A stretch of 64,000 bases of DNA from the NCBI GenBank assembly GCA_018660265.1, contig JABJKS010000076.1:3942-67941 (forward strand), in the 5' to 3' direction. The DNA comes from Rhodospirillaceae bacterium (lineage in GTDB: Bacteria; Pseudomonadota; Alphaproteobacteria; GCA-2731375). The notes below the pieces were generated by a model. That model did no database searches and was not told where the DNA came from. It worked only from the letters and a program-made list of their open reading frames with translations. The stretch's first letter is position 1. Each line of letters starts with the position of its first letter. Of the stretch, positions 56,067 to 64,000 are shown one piece after another. A program made the position numbers and the translations under genes.

Positions 56067-58328
56067 ATGGACAACACCTATCGTAACGAAGAGGCCTTGC
56101 GCTTTCATTCCGAAGGACGACCGGGCAAGCTGTCCATCACGCCAACCAAACCCATGGCAACCCAGCGGGATTTGAGCCTGGCCTATTCCCCCGGTGTCGC
56201 CGCACCTTGCCTGAAGATCACGGAAAATCCGGATCTGGCATACGACTACACATCGAAAGGCAATCTGGTTGCCGTGATCTCCAACGGTACGGCTGTGTTG
56301 GGTCTGGGCAATCTTGGTGCCCTGGGCTCCAAACCGGTGATGGAGGGTAAGGCGGTCCTGTTCAAACGTTTTGCGGATGTGGATTCCATTGACCTGGAAG
56401 TCGATACGGAAGACGTGGACGAGTTCATCAACTGCGTGCGATTTCTGGGCAAAGGCTTTGGCGGCATAAATCTTGAAGACATCAAAGCGCCGGATTGTTT
56501 CGTGATCGAACAACGCCTGCGTGAAATCATGGACATCCCCGTGTTTCATGATGATCAGCACGGCACCGCCATCATTGCCGCCGCCGGTCTTATCAACGCC
56601 CTGGATCTGACGGGGCGCAAAATCGAAGATACCACCTTGGTGGTGAACGGGGCCGGTTCCGCCGGCATCGCCTGTGTAGAACTGGTCAAAGCCCTGGGCA
56701 TGCGCAACGAAAACGTCATTGTCTGCGATACCCGGGGGGTGATCTATCAGGGCCGTGAGGACGGCATGAACCAGTGGAAATCGGCCCATGCCGCTGCCAC
56801 CGACAAACGCACCCTGGACGAAGCCATGGATGGGGTCGATGTGGTCTTTGGCCTGTCCGCCCGTGGTGCCCTGTCCAATGAAATGGTCGCCTCCATGGCG
56901 CCAAAGCCGATTATCTTTGCCATGGCCAATCCCGACCCAGAGGTAACGCCGGAAGAGGTGGCCAAGGTTCGTGGTGACGCCATTGTCGCCACGGGTAGGT
57001 CTGATTATCCAAACCAGGTCAACAACGTTTTGGGCTTTCCCTATATCTTTCGTGGTGCCCTGGATGTACGTGCGGTCTCCATCAATGAAGAAATGAAAAT
57101 CGCGGCGGCCCAGGCCCTGGCCGAACTGGCCCGTCAGGATGTGCCGGACGAGGTGGCGGAGGCCTATGGCAAGGCCAGCCTGCGTTATGGCCCCGAATAT
57201 ATCATCCCCGCACCGTTTGATCCGCGCCTGATGACGGAAATCCCCATGGCCGTCGCCAAGGCCGCGATCCGCACCGGTGTCGCCCGCAAGGAGATTGAGG
57301 ATGAGGCGGCCTATGCCCTGGAGCTACGCCGCCGTCTTGATCCCACCGCAGGCACCTTGCAGTTGATCTTTGATCAGGTGCGGACAGAGAACAAGCGCGT
57401 GGTCTTCGCCGAGGGTGAGGAAGAACGCGTGATCCGCGCCGCGCTGAGTTTTTATGAATCCGGCTATGGCACCCCCGTCCTGATCGGGCGGGAAAAGCGC
57501 ATCCAGGAAACCATGGAACGCCTGGGCATAGATAGTTTGGAAGGCGTGGAAGTCCTGAATGCGCGGATCAGCCGGGATCAGAACGACCGCTATGCGGACT
57601 TCCTGTATAAGCGCCTGCAACGCAGTGGCTATCTCTATCGGGATTGCCAGCGTCTGGTAAATCAGGATCGCAATATCTATGCCTCCTGCCTGTTGGCGGT
57701 GGGTGATGCCGACGCCATGGTGACCGGTGTAACACGCAGCTATACTGCGGCCTATGACGATGTGCGCCGGGTCATCGATGCCCAGCCGGGCAAGCGGGTC
57801 TTTGGCCTGTCCATGGTCCTGGCCCGCGGGCACACGGTCTTCGTAGCTGACACAACTGTACATGAATTGCCGTCTTCGGTGGAGATGGCGGACATTGCCG
57901 TGCAAACCGCAGAGGTCGCGCGCCGTTTGGGACACGAACCGCGCGTTGCCATGTTATCCTTTTCCAACTTCGGCAATCCGGGCTGGCCCACGGCTGACCG
58001 GGTCCGCGAAGCGGTCTCGTTGATGGACAGCCGGGTCACGGATTTTGAATATGATGGTGAGATGTCGGCAGACGTCGCCCTGAATCCGGAATTGAAAGAA
58101 TTATACCCCTTCTGCCGCCTGTCCGGACCGGCCAATGTTCTCATTATGCCGGCCCTGCATTCGGCCAATATCTCCTCCAAACTGTTGCAGGAGCTAGGCC
58201 GCGGTACGCTGATCGGCCCCATTCTGGTGGGCCTGTCGAAGCCGGTGCAGATTGCCGCTATGGGTGCCTCCGTCGGCGACCTGGTCAACATGGCAGCCCT
58301 CGCCGCGCACGAGGCAGCTCGCAGCTAG
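56067..58328 (+). CDS. maeB: NADP-dependent malic enzyme (malic enzyme + PTA-like domain)
   Basis: 753 aa. LSLAYSPGVA, FGGINLEDIKAPDCF, NGAGSAGIA, C-terminal phosphate-acetyltransferase-like half. Confidence 0.9.
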   Translation: MDNTYRNEEALRFHSEGRPGKLSITPTKPMATQRDLSLAYSPGVAAPCLKITENPDLAYDYTSKGNLVAVISNGTAVLGLGNLGALGSKPVMEGKAVLFKRFADVDSIDLEVDTEDVDEFINCVRFLGKGFGGINLEDIKAPDCFVIEQRLREIMDIPVFHDDQHGTAIIAAAGLINALDLTGRKIEDTTLVVNGAGSAGIACVELVKALGMRNENVIVCDTRGVIYQGREDGMNQWKSAHAAATDKRTLDEAMDGVDVVFGLSARGALSNEMVASMAPKPIIFAMANPDPEVTPEEVAKVRGDAIVATGRSDYPNQVNNVLGFPYIFRGALDVRAVSINEEMKIAAAQALAELARQDVPDEVAEAYGKASLRYGPEYIIPAPFDPRLMTEIPMAVAKAAIRTGVARKEIEDEAAYALELRRRLDPTAGTLQLIFDQVRTENKRVVFAEGEEERVIRAALSFYESGYGTPVLIGREKRIQETMERLGIDSLEGVEVLNARISRDQNDRYADFLYKRLQRSGYLYRDCQRLVNQDRNIYASCLLAVGDADAMVTGVTRSYTAAYDDVRRVIDAQPGKRVFGLSMVLARGHTVFVADTTVHELPSSVEMADIAVQTAEVARRLGHEPRVAMLSFSNFGNPGWPTADRVREAVSLMDSRVTDFEYDGEMSADVALNPELKELYPFCRLSGPANVLIMPALHSANISSKLLQELGRGTLIGPILVGLSKPVQIAAMGASVGDLVNMAALAAHEAARS

Positions 58329-58359
58329 GTTGTCGCTGTCAGACCAATTTTGTGGTCGG

Positions 58360-59496
58360 TTAGCCGCCCGCCATGGCGTCGGCAAACATCTGTTCATACT
58401 GGTCCACGGTGGGCTGTACCGGGTTGGCAAAGTGGCAGGGATCGCTCATACAATGGATGGCCAAATCCGGGATCATGGCATCCGTCACGCCCATCTCGGC
58501 CAGGTTTTTCGGTAGCTCCAACGCCGCGTTGAAGTCGGTGATCCAATCGGCGATGTCAGCCTTGGCAGCCAGGCCCATGGCACCGCGCAGACGGGTAAAT
58601 TTGTCGCCCACGTGATCGGCGTTGAAACGTAAAACCGTTGGCATCACGACGGCATTCAAGGTGCCATGGTGCAAGCGCAGCTCCGGGTCGGCCCCAAGGG
58701 CGTGGCTCATGGAATGGACGCAGCCCAGGCCTTTGGCAAAGGCCATGCAACCTTCACTGGCCGCCATCATCATGTGCCAGCGGGCCTCTCTATCGCTGCC
58801 GTCATCCACCGCGCGTTTCAGATAGGTGACCACGCGCTCCAACCCATCCAGCCCGATGGCCGCAGCGGGTGGATTAACGATCGGTGTCAAATAGGCCTCG
58901 ATACAATGGGCCATGGCGTCCATACCTGTCGCAGCGGTCAGCAACTTGGGCAGGCCAAGGGTTAATTCCGGATCGCAGATCGCCATTTTGGGCATCAGAT
59001 GAGGACTGCCGATGACGATCTTTCGGCCATCTTCCGTAACAATGATAGAGCCGCCGCCAACTTCACTGCCGGTACCTGCAGTGGTGGGGATAGCGATATT
59101 GGGCGGTGTTGCACCGATCCGATCACGCCCCCCATTGAACGCCGACCAGTCATCGATTGGGCCGTCATGGGTCGCCAGTAACGCGACCGCCTTGCCCAAA
59201 TCTATCGATGATCCCCCGCCCAGGGAGATAATGCCGTCGCAGTCATTTTCCCGGTACATAGCCAATGCTTCGCGAACGGCAACTTCCGTCGGATTGCCGG
59301 GCGTTCCGTCAAATACGGTCGGGGTCACATCGTTGGGCAACACGCTGCGGACCTTATCGAAGATGTCCGTGGCCATGATGCCTTTGTCGGTACAGATCAG
59401 CGGCCGGGAGATCCCATTGCGCTTCAACGCATCGCCCAGAACCTTGATGGCACCGAAGTCGATTTCCATGAGTGTCGGATATGTAATGGTCGCCAT
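58360..59496 (-). CDS. iron-containing (group III) alcohol dehydrogenase
   Basis: GGGSSIDLGKAVA, TTAGTGSEV, metal-site His motifs HAMAHCIE / HSMSHALG. Confidence 0.9.
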   Translation of the reverse strand: MATITYPTLMEIDFGAIKVLGDALKRNGISRPLICTDKGIMATDIFDKVRSVLPNDVTPTVFDGTPGNPTEVAVREALAMYRENDCDGIISLGGGSSIDLGKAVALLATHDGPIDDWSAFNGGRDRIGATPPNIAIPTTAGTGSEVGGGSIIVTEDGRKIVIGSPHLMPKMAICDPELTLGLPKLLTAATGMDAMAHCIEAYLTPIVNPPAAAIGLDGLERVVTYLKRAVDDGSDREARWHMMMAASEGCMAFAKGLGCVHSMSHALGADPELRLHHGTLNAVVMPTVLRFNADHVGDKFTRLRGAMGLAAKADIADWITDFNAALELPKNLAEMGVTDAMIPDLAIHCMSDPCHFANPVQPTVDQYEQMFADAMAGG

Positions 59497-59522
59497 GATG
59501 TATGCTCCTGTCGTTAACCAGA

Positions 59523-60128
59523 TCAGAAATTCGGTGTCGTATCCGCCACGGATGGATATTTCATCATTTCATCGAACCAGGCACGCAGACCATCGCGACC
59601 TTGGCGCCATTCATCACCGGGATGGCGTCCGTCGGCATAGCCCAGTGCCGCTACGGCTGCGATATTGCCAAGGTGAAGCTCCGTGCCCTGGCCGGACAGG
59701 ATTTTATCCAGGGCGTCGTAACAACGCTTGGCGCGCTGGCCCTCCTTTTCGATTTCACCGGGGGATTGCTCGCTCGGATCGCGGCGATTTTCCGCCGCCC
59801 GGACGAATAGGGAGTCCATCAATAACGATGCAATACCTTCCAGCTCCGCCACCTTGTCGATTTCAGCCTGTCCGCTTGGCATCAGGCGGCCGCCCGCGCA
59901 ATCGTTCAGATGCCGGGTGATGATCAGGGTCTCACACAGATAGGCACCGCTGTCCAGCTCCAGCCCAGGCACTTTGCCACCCGGCCCAAGTTTTGACAGG
60001 ACCGGATTGTCCGGGCCCAAAGGGGCCACATCAATGTCCTCCACCGCCACGCCGAAGCCGCGGGCGGCACTGGCGGCAATACGGGTCCGGCGGGCGTAGG
60101 GAGAGTTGGCAGAATAGAAAAGCTTCAT
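59523..60128 (-). CDS. glutathione S-transferase-family protein
   Basis: MKLFYSANSPYARRTRI...GKVPGLE thioredoxin-like N-domain, 201 aa. Confidence 0.75.
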   Translation of the reverse strand: MKLFYSANSPYARRTRIAASAARGFGVAVEDIDVAPLGPDNPVLSKLGPGGKVPGLELDSGAYLCETLIITRHLNDCAGGRLMPSGQAEIDKVAELEGIASLLMDSLFVRAAENRRDPSEQSPGEIEKEGQRAKRCYDALDKILSGQGTELHLGNIAAVAALGYADGRHPGDEWRQGRDGLRAWFDEMMKYPSVADTTPNF

Positions 60129-61198
60129 GATGTAACCCCATTTTTTGTTGTTAGATCGGCACCGACCGCATCTGAAATATGTGTAAATCCATCCCGGCGC
60201 AATAGTGCGGCAAGACCGGTGGTTATGCGAGGAACAAGGCCGGGGCCCTTGTAGATCAACCCGGTGTATAGCTGGATTAACGAAGCGCCGTTGCGGATTT
60301 TGGTATAGGCGGTTTCGGCACTATCGATACCGCCAACCCCGATCAGGGGAATGCGCCCACCTACATGGCCATGGAACTTGGCTAACTGCTGGGTGGAGAA
60401 TTCAAACAATGGCTGGCCGCTTAACCCGCCGGTCTCTCCACGATGGGGGCTTTTCAGGCTGTTCCGCAGACCGATCGTTGTATTGCCCAGGATCACGCCG
60501 TCAACTGCCAGGGCCAACAAGGTTTCAGCCAGGGTGGCCAGGCCTTGATCATCAAAATCCGGCGCGATCTTGACCAACACAGGTGGTGGATCAGGGCAGG
60601 CCCGGCGCACGCCATCCAGCAACGCCTCCAATGCCTCGCGGGTTTGCAAATCCCGCAAGCCCGGTGTGTTGGGGGACGATACATTGACCACGACATAATC
60701 CGCCAAGGGACCCAGCGCCGCCATCCCGGCAGCATAGTCGGCAATGCGGTCCACGCTGTCTTTGTTGGCACCCAAATTGGCGCCCAGAATAAAGCGTCGC
60801 TGACCCAAGCCTTGCAAGCGCCCACGGACAACTTCAAGGCCATCGTTGTTGAAGCCATTGCGATTAATCACGCCGCCGTCCGCGGGCAGCCGAAACAATC
60901 GAGGCCGTGGATTACCCGCCTGCGGCAATGGCGTGACGGAGCCGATCTCGACAAAGCTGAAACCCATGCGCGCCGCACTTCGGGGCACCTCGGCATTCTT
61001 GTCGAAACCTGCCGCAACACCCAGGGGCGTTGGGAAATCAATATTCCAATGGCGACTGGCCAGTATGGGATCATGATGCCTCGAAACATTTGGGCCCAGT
61101 CCGAGGCTCTGGCTGAGACTGAGGGCGCGAATGGTCAAACGATGGGCGGTCTCCGGGTCAAGGCGACGCATGATCGCCAGGCCCATATCCCAGATCAT
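60125..61198 (-). CDS. pyrD: dihydroorotate dehydrogenase (quinone), class 2
   Basis: AAGFDKNAE...EIGSVTP...GNPRPRLFRL...NRNGFNN...GANLGANK...IIGVGGI. Confidence 0.9.
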   Translation of the reverse strand: MIWDMGLAIMRRLDPETAHRLTIRALSLSQSLGLGPNVSRHHDPILASRHWNIDFPTPLGVAAGFDKNAEVPRSAARMGFSFVEIGSVTPLPQAGNPRPRLFRLPADGGVINRNGFNNDGLEVVRGRLQGLGQRRFILGANLGANKDSVDRIADYAAGMAALGPLADYVVVNVSSPNTPGLRDLQTREALEALLDGVRRACPDPPPVLVKIAPDFDDQGLATLAETLLALAVDGVILGNTTIGLRNSLKSPHRGETGGLSGQPLFEFSTQQLAKFHGHVGGRIPLIGVGGIDSAETAYTKIRNGASLIQLYTGLIYKGPGLVPRITTGLAALLRRDGFTHISDAVGADLTTKNGVTS

Positions 61199-62286
61199 GT
61201 GATATCGCTTCCATCTTTGACGTAGGTCACGTGGCCCATCTTGCGACCAGCGCGCACCTCCGCCTTGCCATACAAATGCAGATGGGCACCTGGCTCGGCC
61301 AGGATTTCGGGCACCTGGTCAACGTCGTCACCGATCAGATTGCGCATTTCCACCTGCCCCCGCAGGGCCATGGAACCCAGCGGCAGGCCGCAGATGGCCC
61401 TGATATGCTGTTCGAATTGCGACGTCACGGCACCTTCAATGCTCCAATGACCCGAATTATGTACCCGCGGCGCCATTTCGTTGACCAGGAATGTGTCCCC
61501 CGTCACGAACAACTCCACCGCCAGGACACCCACGTAATCCAGGGCAATGGCCAGGTCCGTTGCTGTGGCGATGGCACGATTGGCCTGAATGGCATTCAAA
61601 CCTGCCGGCACGGTGGAGGTATCGAGAATATGGTTCTTGTGCCGGTTGGCGATGGGCGGATAGGCGCTGACCGAACCATCCAGACCGCGCGCGACGATCA
61701 CGGAAACTTCCCCATCGAAGGGTATATAACCTTCCAGGATCGAGGGTGCGCCCGCCAGGGCATTCCAAGCCTGGGCCAGATCGCTTTCCTGATCCAACAT
61801 CACCTGACCCTTGCCGTCATAGCCCATGCGGCGGGTTTTCAGAACTGCCCGGGATCCGGTTTCGGGACCAATTTTCGCGATAGCGGCACGCAAATCGTCC
61901 AGACTATCCACTGCCGCGTAGGGTGCTGTGGGCGCGCCTACATTATTGGCAAAATCTTTTTCCACCAGACGGTCCTGGGTCGTGGCCAGGGCTTTAACGC
62001 CGGGATGAACGGGCACCAAGTGGCTTAGAAATTCCAGCGCCCCCGCCGGGACGTTCTCAAATTCCAAGGTTACAATGTCAACTGATTCGGCAAAACTGCG
62101 TAATGCGTCCCTGTCCAGGTAGTCCGCGATAGTGACCCGGTCAGCGACCTGGCCCGCAGGTGGTGGATCCTCCGGCCCGAAAATATGGCAACGATAGCCC
62201 AAGGGTGCGGCAGCCATCGACAGCATACGGCCCAGCTGGCCGCCGCCCAGAATGCCGATACAGCCGCCCGGTGGAAGTGGCGTCAT
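61195..62286 (-). CDS. purK: 5-(carboxyamino)imidazole ribonucleotide synthase
   Basis: IGILGGGQLGRM, ATP-grasp, HLYGK...GRKMGH C-terminus. Confidence 0.9.
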   Translation of the reverse strand: MTPLPPGGCIGILGGGQLGRMLSMAAAPLGYRCHIFGPEDPPPAGQVADRVTIADYLDRDALRSFAESVDIVTLEFENVPAGALEFLSHLVPVHPGVKALATTQDRLVEKDFANNVGAPTAPYAAVDSLDDLRAAIAKIGPETGSRAVLKTRRMGYDGKGQVMLDQESDLAQAWNALAGAPSILEGYIPFDGEVSVIVARGLDGSVSAYPPIANRHKNHILDTSTVPAGLNAIQANRAIATATDLAIALDYVGVLAVELFVTGDTFLVNEMAPRVHNSGHWSIEGAVTSQFEQHIRAICGLPLGSMALRGQVEMRNLIGDDVDQVPEILAEPGAHLHLYGKAEVRAGRKMGHVTYVKDGSDIT

Positions 62287-62292
62287 AATGCC

Positions 62293-62793
62293 TTAGGCTC
62301 CTTCCTCAACAGGATCGTCAGGCACAGCGTCCGTTTGCTTTTGTCGCCAGGCCGCAAGCGCAGCAGCGACATCATCATCCTGCAAAGCAATGATGGAGGC
62401 CGCCATCAAGCCCGCATTAATGGCGCCAGAGCGGCCAATGGCAAGGGTGCCCACAGGTACCCCCGCAGGCATCTGTACGATGGACAGCAGGCTGTCCATG
62501 CCTTGTAACGCCTTGCTTTCCACGGGCACCCCTAAAACGGGCAGATTTGTCATGGATGCACACATACCCGGCAAATGGGCCGCCCCCCCGGCACCCGCGA
62601 TGATGACGCAAAGGCCACGTTCCTGCGCCGTGGCGGCATACTCATAAAGCCTCTTTGGTGTGCGATGGGCGGATACAACCCGGGATTCGACAGCTACGCC
62701 CAATTCCTCCAGAACCTCCACACAATGGCAGATCGTGGGCCAGTCAGAGCGACTGCCCATGATAACGCCCACCTTTGGTCCTGTTTTCGTCAT
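62293..62793 (-). CDS. purE: 5-(carboxyamino)imidazole ribonucleotide mutase
   Basis: [11 protein letters not shown]...SAHRTP...[14 protein letters not shown]. Confidence 0.95.
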   Translation of the reverse strand: MTKTGPKVGVIMGSRSDWPTICHCVEVLEELGVAVESRVVSAHRTPKRLYEYAATAQERGLCVIIAGAGGAAHLPGMCASMTNLPVLGVPVESKALQGMDSLLSIVQMPAGVPVGTLAIGRSGAINAGLMAASIIALQDDDVAAALAAWRQKQTDAVPDDPVEEGA

Positions 62794-63060
62794 GTTTGTT
62801 CTCCACGCGGAACGAATTGGTTATTGCCCTGCGCCCGCGCCACAGGGTCCGATTGCGGGCGAATGGGCTGGCGAGTATAGGTGTATGATGGGCTTCAACC
62901 CACCTGGAATTTCAAAATTGCTGGAAATTTGCGACAACAATAGCTAAGTATCGCAAATACTAATGTCTCACAAGGCAGATGGGTCTGGTATCGGATTAGG
63001 TTTTGTTAACCCCTGGTTTGGTACCCTTTTGGTGATTCGCAATAGATTGACGTAAGGCAT

Positions 63061-63855
63061 ATGAAGATACCTGAAATCCGCTCAACCGGGACCACCAGGA
63101 CTGCGGCCCCACAACGGCGCAATCCTGCGGCCGCTGCTGCCTCATATGCATCATCATCGGACCTGGGTGTCGCGGCAACCCAGGACAGCGCCTCCGTCAT
63201 GGGTATTCCGGAGCCGGAGCTGACGCCGAAGGTGCGTCAGGCCATCATGACCTTGATGCAGGAAGTCGAAGGCCTGCGCACGGAGATGGAGCGGGTAAAC
63301 AGCCGCCTGGCCCATATGGAACGCCTGGCGGATCAGGATACCCTGGTTCCCGTCCCCAATCGGCGTGCTTTCGTGCGGGAGATGAGCCGGGTAATTTCCT
63401 ACAATCAGCGCTATGACGCGGTTTCCAGCCTGGTTTATTTCGATCTGAACGATTTTAAACAGATCAATGACAAATACGGCCATGCCGCGGGCGATGCGAC
63501 TTTGATGCATGTGGCGGCCGCATTGACCGAAAATTTGCGGGAATCTGATATGCTGGGCCGTCTGGGCGGTGACGAATTCGGCGTTATTTTAAGCCATACG
63601 GACGCGGCCCAGGCATTGGAAAAAGGTCGGCAATTGGCGCATGCCATCATGGCGAAACCGGTCGATTATGAGGGCGCTAAAATTACGGTGACCGCGTCTT
63701 ACGGCATTACCACCTTTAAACCGGGCGATTCGGCCCAGGAAGCCATGGAAGCGGCTGATCGCGCCATGTATGAGCAGAAAAATGCCTTGAAATCAGCCGT
63801 CAAGCCCACCCCTAAACCCGGTGCCAATCCCGGTGATAAACCAGGCACCGGATAG
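63061..63855 (+). CDS. GGDEF-domain diguanylate cyclase with N-terminal coiled coil
   Basis: DTLVPVPNRRAF, RESD I-site five residues before GGDEF (RLGGDEFGVIL). Confidence 0.9.
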   Translation: MKIPEIRSTGTTRTAAPQRRNPAAAAASYASSSDLGVAATQDSASVMGIPEPELTPKVRQAIMTLMQEVEGLRTEMERVNSRLAHMERLADQDTLVPVPNRRAFVREMSRVISYNQRYDAVSSLVYFDLNDFKQINDKYGHAAGDATLMHVAAALTENLRESDMLGRLGGDEFGVILSHTDAAQALEKGRQLAHAIMAKPVDYEGAKITVTASYGITTFKPGDSAQEAMEAADRAMYEQKNALKSAVKPTPKPGANPGDKPGTG

Positions 63856-64000
63856 GCCTGTATTGCCAATCTGCGATAAGCGCGAACCAATAAGGCATAA
63901 TTGCGGCGGTTTTCGCCTCATAGCCGGCAGATTAGAAGGCGTTCCAGGGGCCGTCAGGCAATAATATCCGGCACCAAAAAAGCCTCCAACCGCTCTATCA

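Noticed and set aside
62794-63060. Possible ZTP/purine riboswitch in the purE leader (hairpin cgcccgc...gcgggcg on the minus strand).
   Set aside because: I could not find the conserved ZTP (pfl) or purine-riboswitch core sequences. It is a single generic hairpin only.
1-64000. Search by eye for CRISPR arrays, rRNA, IS elements, integrases, prophage genes and retron/RT-type elements.
   Set aside because: None found. The only repeats are the short in-gene tandem repeats and the 8-11 bp direct repeats reported above.

Overview
GC-rich chromosomal segment (high-50s % G+C by eye) whose gene content looks alphaproteobacterial, possibly Rhodospirillales. I call about 62 protein-coding genes and one tRNA-Leu(GAG). 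I found no rRNA, CRISPR array, transposase or integrase. All family calls come from motifs read by eye in the translations; no database search was run.

The backbone is housekeeping: map, radC, carB-greA, trxB, xthA, a UbiH-type hydroxylase, lipB, mgtE, maeB and purE-purK-pyrD. Interleaved with it are:
- Accessory catabolic cassettes: LLM monooxygenase + hydrolase; hydantoinase A/B beside an orphan form-II CoxL-like Mo enzyme; rubredoxin-P450-SDR; BKACE-SDR-MarR; reductase-gentisate dioxygenase-unknown-FAH; PrpB-like/flavoprotein/ICL-like.
- A PHA locus: phaR, a PhaC-like GxCxG hydrolase and phaB.
- Signalling genes: a Cache-type MCP behind a secreted rhodanese, a GGDEF protein and an orphan FliN-like protein.
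- A ParDE toxin-antitoxin module.

No coherent novel multi-gene system is demonstrable from sequence alone. The most notable observations are:
1. Two AT-richer cassettes, each bracketed by an 8-9 bp direct repeat that overlaps the stop codon of the upstream gene. One is an orphan 3-TM/coiled-coil gene, the other is ParDE.
2. A Cys-rich orphan gene next to a ~460-bp very AT-rich tract.
3. A 203-nt out-of-frame overlap between an Ala-rich ORF and the PhaC-like gene.
4. A full-length CMD-family gene interrupted by one in-frame TAG.
5. A candidate sRNA with CCUCCC motifs and a perfect 12-bp terminator.
6. Several catabolic operons with missing or unknown components.
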